Positions 55,501 to 64,000 of a stretch of 64,000 bases of DNA are shown here, piece by piece (within the stretch, counting starts at the first letter, position 1; the number at the start of each line of letters is the position of its first letter). Under the pieces are notes generated by a model. That model worked only from the letters and a program-made list of their open reading frames with translations. It ran no database searches and was not told where the DNA came from. Made by a program: the position numbers and the translations under genes. Origin of the DNA: Octopus vulgaris (lineage: Eukaryota); contig OX597821.1 of NCBI GenBank assembly GCA_951406725.2, positions 102,052,001 through 102,116,000 on the forward strand. The letters run 5' to 3'.

Positions 55501-58292
55501 AAAAAAGAAGAAATATTTCTTGCGTATAATTTGTGTAGTAGTTATTGTTTTAACATTCCCTCCCCCTTATAGTTGTATGGGTTTGATGTAAGGCATAATT
55601 AACAAGCATTTTGGGTTTTCATAATTTTTGTGAGGTCTGACCTTATTCTTACATCTTGCCTTTTCCATTGGTTCTTTCCATTGATAGCACATTTTTTCCT
55701 CTCTCTTTTACACTTTTTATGTTAGTTAACTGTTCACATCCAACAGATCATTTTTTTCAGTGCATGTGTTTCATTGTAGTACCCATATCTTACTATGCTG
55801 TATCACTTATGCATACTTTTTACAGTCTACATGAGGCGAGAAACCATTTTTTGCCAACATATGCATTAAAGCTCCAAATTTTGCTGCAACTACCACTAGA
55901 TTATTGTAGCAACAAGTCTGTCAGCAATTTATGAAATTCAACTGTTGGATGCTTCTTATTCTTAGTACTGTTTGTATCACATGTAAAGTCTTGTATCTTT
56001 GTTAATGTGCCAGAAATCCCGCGGCACCCCTTTTGTACCCATTACCTGCACTAAATATGCAATATCAAGTTCCTACCAACTTCCTTCCTGCATATCAATA
56101 GACTTCCCATTTGACAGCCGGATTTTATGTACACTATTTAATGTTAGTGTTTAATATCATGTTGACTTTTAAACTCGATGCCATGCTTCTAATTTTAGAA
56201 CTTTTCCTGCAATTCTTTGAGATGGATTCCTCTGAGAACTTAATAAATGCTTGCAAGGACAGTTAGGCTGAAACTCTAATAGCTTCAGTGTCTATAATGA
56301 ATATAAAGGGGTTTATGATAGTCTGGTCAACATTTACTTGTATACCAAGTTCTTATTGGGCTTATTGCTAATCCTGAACTTGTTAACAGTAGCATTTAGT
56401 ACAGCTTTCACAAGCCATTTGTCTACATCTGTCTCTTTTTTTTTCTTTTATAATCTTCAAACTGCAAAGTGTGAATCCTGTCAAAGACATCAATAAATGC
56501 AAAGTAAATTGGTTTGTTTTTGACTAAAGAGTTAAATTATGTCAATAGAAACAACTTTACACTCAAATTGTATCTTATGCATGATAATTCTATCATGGAT
56601 CAGCTTTGCTAAAAAATACTTTTGAATAACAAATGTAATGAAAATAATATGAAGGGGAATTTATATTAAGGAAATGTAGTTTTGAAACAGAGGAAGTCAT
56701 AGCAAATATAGAAAGAAATTACTCCGGGAGTATTTTATATAGAGTATAACTAATTCAAAAGCAACTGAAAAGTTAGACTTGTCTGAACAACCCATGGTAT
56801 CTATTTTGTAATAGAAATATAGAGTTCATATTTAAAAAAATGGAGAAAATGTCAAAGAAAAAAAATTACAAGAATTTATGATTTCAAAGAACCACTTTAA
56901 GGCAGGAATAAATGGTTAACAATACAAACTGTGCTACTGATAGCACTGGAAAGTTGTAATTTTTTCCCTTAGTGTAAATAATTATTGAAATCTAATATTT
57001 TATAATTTCTTGCTTCTTGTTTGTACAAAATTTGTATACTTATTGGTAAAAGTGACCTCCAAAAAATCAGCATTATTTGTATAATTTTCAGATTAAAAGA
57101 GTTATATGCACTGTTATTATACTCAAATGCAGCAAAATTTTAAATTGCCATAATAAATTATTTTTGTGACTCTTAAAGTTTATGGAGCTTAGTTTACTAA
57201 AATAACACTCTGTATAAGCCACAACATATAATGTTATTTGTATTCAATTTCATATCACATCTAAATGGCAATTCTTTATTATTAAAATTATTATTTTTTG
57301 TTTTGACACGAATTTTATTTAATGTACATTGATTTAATTTGATTATTTTCATCTTTTTACTTCAGCTATTTCAATAAATCATTAATAATTAATTAAAATG
57401 CCACTTTTTATAATTTATGTTTGTATTTTTTTTTTTTTTTTGTAAGAAATCTAAATTTACAATTTTTCATATATAACCATCACAGCAGTTTTTAAAGATT
57501 TCTTTATCATTTACAGATACCTATTAAGCTTTATTTTGGTACAGTGGGTGATCTATTTATAACTAATCAGTATTGTTTGAAGGACACTGTCAAAGAAATT
57601 GTAAAGAATTTGAATTCAAAAAAGATCCATACTAAATTCAGTCTTTGATATTGGCAGGTGCAAAACGTGTCTGTAAGGAAAAAGGGCCTGAAATTTGTGG
57701 AGTACTAATAGTTAAATAAATAAAAAAAATAAAAAATTAAAAGCAAAAATAAAACTGTATTATGCATAGAGATAAAAAGAAAAGAAAAAATATATCAAAG
57801 CTTAAAAATGATATTTACTTTTTAGTGTTGGAAAAATTAAAATTTTCTAATAAATGTTTGACTTCATTTGTGAGTATATTTGAAATTTAAATCAATCTTG
57901 GCAGAATAAATCTTTTGGAAAATAGTTCTTTTATTTACAGGTTTCATTGGGTTACTCGTGTTCAGAGTTTTAGTTGATAGTGTATGTTACAAATTTATCA
58001 ACCTTGTAAGCTGGAACCAGGCAAGTCAGCCTGAGTGTAACCCAAATATGATAAATATTTGAAGGTATTTTTGTGAAGCCCTGATTGTCATTTAGAACAA
58101 ACACATCCACCTAATTGATTTTCATGCAGTTTCTGTCTACAATATTTCACTTAGTAGACTTCAGTTGATCTAAACATATGGGACAAGATACTTTGCTTCA
58201 GTGTTATGTAGCCAGGGGGTCCAAGGAGTCTGCTTGTTGACCTGGGGCGTTTGTAATGTGTTGGTGAATGAATCTTTGCAAATCAGCCTGAC

Positions 58293-59357
58293 TTTATTTC
58301 ATTTCATTTGAGTTTGAGTCCATGCTCAGGCCAAGTCGAAGACTCCACCCTCAGAGTCTGGTGTGGTTGCCAGGTTGTATTCTCTGTTTAATTTTGACTT
58401 GTGTAGGAGCGAGTTTGAGTCAGTTTGTGCTCGTTGTGTATATTCTGGGAGATGGGGTTCATCTCTAATGGTGCTTAAGTATCTATCCAGCTGCAATTTG
58501 AATGATTCCACACTGCATCCTGATAGATTTCTGACATGTACCGGAATGGAGTTGAATAGTTGTGCTCCTTGAACCAACAGACTTGACTCTCGCAGGGTTT
58601 TTGCTGCCTGGCCAGCCTTTTTGTTGATTGGTGGTAGCTGGCAGCGTCTTCCGTGGCGCAGTGAGTGGTAGGTTTTGATACCAAAGTTTGGCACCTTTTG
58701 CTCTATCATTTTCCAAATGTATATAATTCGGTATCGCTCAAATCTTCTTTCTATTGAGTACATCTTCAAGGTTTTGAGTCTTTTGCTAATAGTCCAGGTC
58801 CCTCGTTTCTGAGAAGTATGAGGTAAAATTTCTTTGGAGCGATTCCATCTTAGATAGTTGGCCCTTTGTTGTTGGTGACCACAACTGAGAACTAGTCAAT
58901 CCTCGGAAGTATCATACTGTTCCAGAGGGTTTTCATTGTTGAGGTATCTCTTGATTTGAAGGTGCACAAGATCCACCTGCTGTACTTTCTTGCAGTAAGA
59001 CAGACTGAGTCAAGGTGTTCTCTGAATTTTAGGCTGGTTCCCATGTGGATGCCTAAATCTTTCACATACTGTTTTTCCATTATTTGTTGTCCTGATGGGT
59101 TTCTGTAGTTTGTTGTATTTTTCAGATCTTGATCTGTTCCGTAGCGAATTAGTTCAAACTTCTTATCATTGAACAACATGTTGTTTGTTTCCTGCCATTT
59201 ATATATGGTGGTCAGGTCCTTTTGTAAGGTCTCTGTATCCATCTCGTCTTTGATTTGTCTCATGACCCTGGTGTCATCAGCAAAGGATGAGACGTTGCTG
59301 GTTGTATCTTCATCTATGTCAGAGATGAGGATGAGAAACAGGATTGGGCCGAGTATT
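58293..59357 (-). mobile_element. 5'-truncated CR1/L2-group non-LTR retrotransposon (RT C-terminal half and 3' end)
   Basis: Minus strand reads LGPILFLILISDI...SFADDTRV, KDLG, YSIERRFERY and QLFNSIP..VRN....SFKLQLDRYL, then a short (AAATG)n-like tail. Few disruptions, so relatively young. Confidence 0.88.
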
Positions 59358-59810
59358 TAAAATTTTTTTATTCAGTTTGGGATGTGCATGTATATTGCTG
59401 CAATTGTTAGAGAAAGCTTCCGTTGTGGGCTTTGAACTTTGTGAAGAATCAATAGATCAGTTGAAATATTTTCTAACTTTTAAAATAATAAATTTTTTAT
59501 TATGTTAAGAATATGAGATTGCCACTGGGGTGATGTGGAAATCATCAGCATTTGTAGTGTATTTGGCGGGTTCAGTTTTTTTTTTTTTTTTTAATTAGAA
59601 AGGAACAAAATTTTCCATTTACCTTTTAATATACAATATTTAAAAAAACTAAATAATTAGATTCTGTTGTAAAATTGATCATTCTTATTTCAGTTTTGGT
59701 AATTAAGTACATGACATGTCAAATTTAATATATGCTTATATATCTTCTTTCCTTTAATATAATCCCATTTCTGGATTTTTGCTATTTTTTTTTTTTTATT
59801 TAAATTTTAG

Positions 59811-59970
59811 GGCATGCAGTACCCATATACAATCACCAGTCGCTGTGAAAAGCTGCGAAGCTCCCCCGATGACGACAGGACAAGAGATGACAGCCCCAGA
59901 AGTCGTCATAGTCCCCGATATCAGAACAAGACCACTTATATTGAAAGAACTAAGGAAAAACTGGAAAGAG
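59811..59970 (+). CDS. WAC: WAC coding exon 3 (SP/R/D-rich linker before the WW domain)
   Basis: T-rich tract ending TTTTAG|, phase-0 exon GMQYPYTITSRCEKLRSSPDDDRTRDDSPRSRHSPRYQNKTTYIERTKEKLER, donor GAG|GTGCGC. In frame with exon 2 and retains CpGs in a depleted region. The WW-domain exons are not seen in this window. Confidence 0.75.
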
Positions 59971-61234
59971 GTGCGCTATTTCATATTACTATTACTTGTG
60001 TGTGGCAGGTCAGAATTGGTCACCTATAGGATTGTTTATTGTATTCACTTTATATACATTGGATTAATACATGGATTATTATTATGTAGAAATTAGTACA
60101 GGCAGGTAAGTGTGATCTCTTTATTCTAATGACTGGGCCCCCCCTGGAGTACAATAGCCACTGATTACCAAAAACAAGTGAGAAATTTTAGTATTGCAAA
60201 GCTGCTGTTTACATTATTTTTGTTAAATTTTGTTTCTACATTTTTTAAATTAAAATTTTTTTTTTAGATTCTTCTGACTTAACATTTTCTTAAATCTTAT
60301 TTCATTGTATAACTCCTGTTGAAAATATACAGCAGCTGTTTTGATTTACTTCTGGTTGCTTCATATATTAAATCAACATAATTATCTAACTCTTCTTTTA
60401 TACTTTTACCGATTTTAGTCATCGAACTGTGGCCATGCTGGGGCACTGCCTTCAAGGGTTTAGTCAGTCATATTGATTCCAGTATTTATTTCAGTCCAGG
60501 GACATGACATAAACACCACCATCAGAACACATACATATACACATATGATGGACCATTTCTGCCAAATTCCATTCAAAGATACTATTGTAGGTGCTGTTCT
60601 GTGGGATTGAACCTAAAAAGCTATTACATTTACAAAATCAACTTATAAAGCACACAACAAATCCTGTACCATAATGTTCCATCACAAATTGCTGAATAAT
60701 TGTTCATGTTATGCTAGTTGATACAATAATTTTTTTAATGTTTATTATTCAGACTAGCCAATCTGTTTTGGTGAATTTTTAAAGCTTATTTATCATGTAT
60801 AAAGAAGGCGATTTTAACCAAACTTATGTTTAGACTAAAGTTGCATATATTAACTGAATTTGGCAAATAATGATATTAGTGAGTTAGAGGTGATATTGCC
60901 TTTGAATATATTAAAGGCTGGCTACATTATTAATTACTATGAAATTTGTGGTTAAGCTAATTGCTTATACAGTTTTTTGGCTTTGTATAATCATGGCATA
61001 AAGATTTGGCTCAGTAATTCATAGTTTGAAAACTAAATCTTTGAGACAAAATCATAGAATTAGTATTTTGAAATAAGTTACTTTTATTAATGAGTTATCA
61101 TTTTTCGTATGGTATAGAAAAAATGATTTTAATTCTTGACAAGTTTTTGTTGTTGAGGTTTATATTTTTCTATGGTTATTGCTGGAATAAAACTCAACAT
61201 TCGAATTCAAGAAATGAGTTTATAAATTTGAGAT

Positions 61235-61803
61235 CAAATTCAAAATTGAACCAAATTCGACGACTGGCACCCATGCCAACCTCCCTTCATTGGACACTAA
61301 ACTCTGCTTGCAAAGACCTGTTGGGGCAAATGAAATCAAAATTGAGCCAAATTTGATGACTGGCACTCATGCCAGTGGTGCGCTAACAGCTCCATCTGAG
61401 TGGGATCACTGCCAGAGCAGCTGTCTGGCTTCTGTGCCGGTGGCACGTAAAATGCACCATTTGAGCATGATCGTTACCAGCGTCACCTTACTGGCAGGTG
61501 AACAAAACATTTGAGCGAGGTCGTTGCCAGTGCCGCTGGACTAACTCCTGTGCAGGTGGCATGTAAAAAAAACACCATTTGAGTGTGGCTGTTGCCAGTA
61601 CTACGAGACTGGCCCTTGTGCCGGTGGCACGTAAAAGTACCCACTACACTCTTGGAGTGGTTGTCGTTAGGAAGAGCATCCAACTGTAGAAACTCTGCCA
61701 GATCAGATTGGAGCCTGTTGCAGCCATCTGGTTCGCCAGTCCTCAGTCAAATCGTCCAGCCCATGCTAGTATGGAAAGCGGATGTTAAATGATGATGATG
61801 ATC
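61235..61803 (+). mobile_element. RTE 3'-end fragment with (GAT)n tail
   Basis: Colinear with 44060-44565. A shorter copy lies at 62030-62150. Confidence 0.85.
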
Positions 61804-62595
61804 CATGCATAAATTTAAGAACTCGTAAGATATTTTATCTCCATTTATATTAGTTACATTGTCCATATATTTGGAGTAAGAATTGGGATTGTGTTAAGGA
61901 TATGAGTTCTGTTCTTCATCTTAAGTGTTGACTTAATATTGGATTCTTCTATTAATTCACTTGTGTTTATACATATTAATTACTTTTTGAACATGAATCA
62001 TTTTAAAATTTCAAATATGTATAATATTCAGCTGTAGAAACACTGCCAGATCAGACTGGGCCTGGTGCTGCCTCCTGGCTTCCCAGACCCTGGTCGAACC
62101 GTCCAACCCATGCTAGCATGGAAAGTGGACGTTAAACGATGATGATGATGGTGAATTTTTACGATTCTTTGGGTTTATTCTTTCTCATCATTATAACAAT
62201 TTTTTTCTTCAAATCTTTGCATTCTTGTGTATCCAACATTTTCAGATATAATTTACATCTATGTATATTACTGAATATAAATTTGGTGGAATTAGAAATG
62301 GAGATCAAATTGTCCTGTTAGATTATTATGAGTTTTTCTGGCTGATACTATCCTTTCTTTCACTTGAATAGTGCTCTTTTCTTAAAACAAAATTTTCATA
62401 TAATTTTCTTAATTTTTCACAAATAAATTACAAAGTCTCTTTTTTCAAAATAGCAATGTCTTGTCAAGTTTTTAATATAAATTACTTTGTACAAGTATCA
62501 TTGCAGATTATTATATCCTATATTCTCTATGAAAAATTGTTTAAAAGATGAATTTTTAAATCATGAATATTGTTGCCTATATTCTGTGGTGCATG

Positions 62596-62637
<42 letters not shown>

Positions 62638-62641
<4 letters not shown>

Positions 62642-62760
62642 CAGGAGCGGCTTTCTTGCCCGGATTGGCCTCACCAGCCACCTCCGGTCTCATAGCAGCA
62701 ATTCCACCAAATGATGTCAATGGTCATCTTCGAACCCGAAGGACGAACATTATTATTATA
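62638..62760 (+). mobile_element. 3' end of a BovB/SR2-like RTE element inserted in a microsatellite
   Basis: Reads C...FLARIGLTSHLRSH..* (C2H2-like terminus), then ATGGTCATCTTCGAACCCGAAGGACGAAC and a (ATT)n tail. Confidence 0.7.
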
Positions 62761-62809
62761 CATTATGTATGTATGTGTGTGTGTGCCTGCCTCTCTATCT
62801 CTCTCTCTT

Positions 62810-62882
<73 letters not shown>

Positions 62883-64000
62883 GCACACATACATACATAC
62901 ATACATACACACATCTTAATCATTTTATAATTTATTTGTTATCAAATCTGCTATTTTAATTATTATTCTTGGGTTAATTAATTAGTATTGACTTGAATTT
63001 TATTTAATATTTGGTTAATTTTATTCCACCAAGATTTTTATAAGAATTTTGTTCATACATTTTATATACTCTCATTGTTATGCAATTTTATGACATTTAA
63101 ATTCACTATTACAGGGTTTTTCCCCGCAAATTTTCCTTTTTTGACCTTAGTCTTGTCAATGTCAACATATCATCATTAGTATCATTTCATTATTAGTTTT
63201 GATTACATTGTCATTATCAACTTTAATGTTGTTGTCATCATCTTAAATGTTTTCTCTGAGGGATGGTCCATTTATTTTCATGTACAAACATTGATATCAG
63301 TGATTTCTTATCACATAATTGTAATGTAAACATTAAAAAGTTTTATGATGGATTACAAGGTTTGTGTAATAAAAATTACCACACCTTATATTATCAAAAA
63401 TATGCAATACAGTTAGTACATTAGATGTATGTAAAACTACATAGTATATACATATACGCAATACAACAAAGACAAAAATAAATAACTGTTTATGTGTTAT
63501 TCCCATTTAACTCTCATAAATCCAGCACAATCATCTTTGGTAATCAAGGTCAGCCTTGTGCTAGTCAGTATAATTTATATACATAGATATATTGACTCTA
63601 AGCTGAGACCAAAGTTGTGGTTGATTTAATAGTTAAGAAATGGGAATAATGAATATAAGGTTAATTCATTTTGGTCTTTTGTGTTGTATGTATGTATATT
63701 ACATATCATTATCATCATTTAACGTCTGCTTTCCATGCTAGCATGGTTTGGACAGTTTGACAGAAGCTGGCCAGGCAGGAACCTGCACCAAACTTCTGTG
63801 TCTGTTTTGGGAGGGTTTTTATGGCTTGTTGCCCTTCTTAACAGAGTGGACTAACTGCTTTTTATGTGGCACAAGCACAGGCAAGGTCAGTTTTGGCAAG
63901 GTTTTTACAGCTGGATGCCCTCCCAAACACCAACCATTTTACAATGTGGACTGGATGTTTTTTTATGTAGCATCAGCACATTTGTATTGAACATATGTAT

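Noticed and set aside
57941-58064. Possible extra exon after TTATTTACAG
   Set aside because: AT-rich, with no WAC-like peptide in any frame.
59779-60096. 105-aa ORF overlapping exon 3
   Set aside because: It starts in the polypyrimidine tract and is out of frame with exon 2. The frame starting at 59811 fits WAC.

Overview
AT-rich, microsatellite- and repeat-dense eukaryotic genomic DNA. The repeat families look like those of a coleoid cephalopod, probably Octopus (recognised from memory, not searched). One host gene is well supported: the 5' end of a WAC orthologue on the + strand. It has a CpG-retaining ETS/CRE/YY1 promoter near 20.1-20.2 kb and three coding exons (20324-20364, 20570-20603, 59811-59970); intron 2 is about 39 kb and the gene continues past the window. 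The rest is mostly tRNA-derived SINEs, RTE and CR1-like LINE fragments, decayed pogo and hAT transposons, MITEs and simple repeats. Most ORFs in the track are microsatellite or repeat artefacts. Main observations: (1) hammerhead-ribozyme-like cores in short, often inverted, Penelope-like repeats, including a G3:C8 covariant core in a young 338-bp fold-back insertion; (2) a 117-bp, 63% GC, CpG-rich insert of unknown origin that splits a SINE in the CpG-depleted intron; (3) a uORF-dense WAC leader; (4) a possible poison 5' splice site after exon 3.
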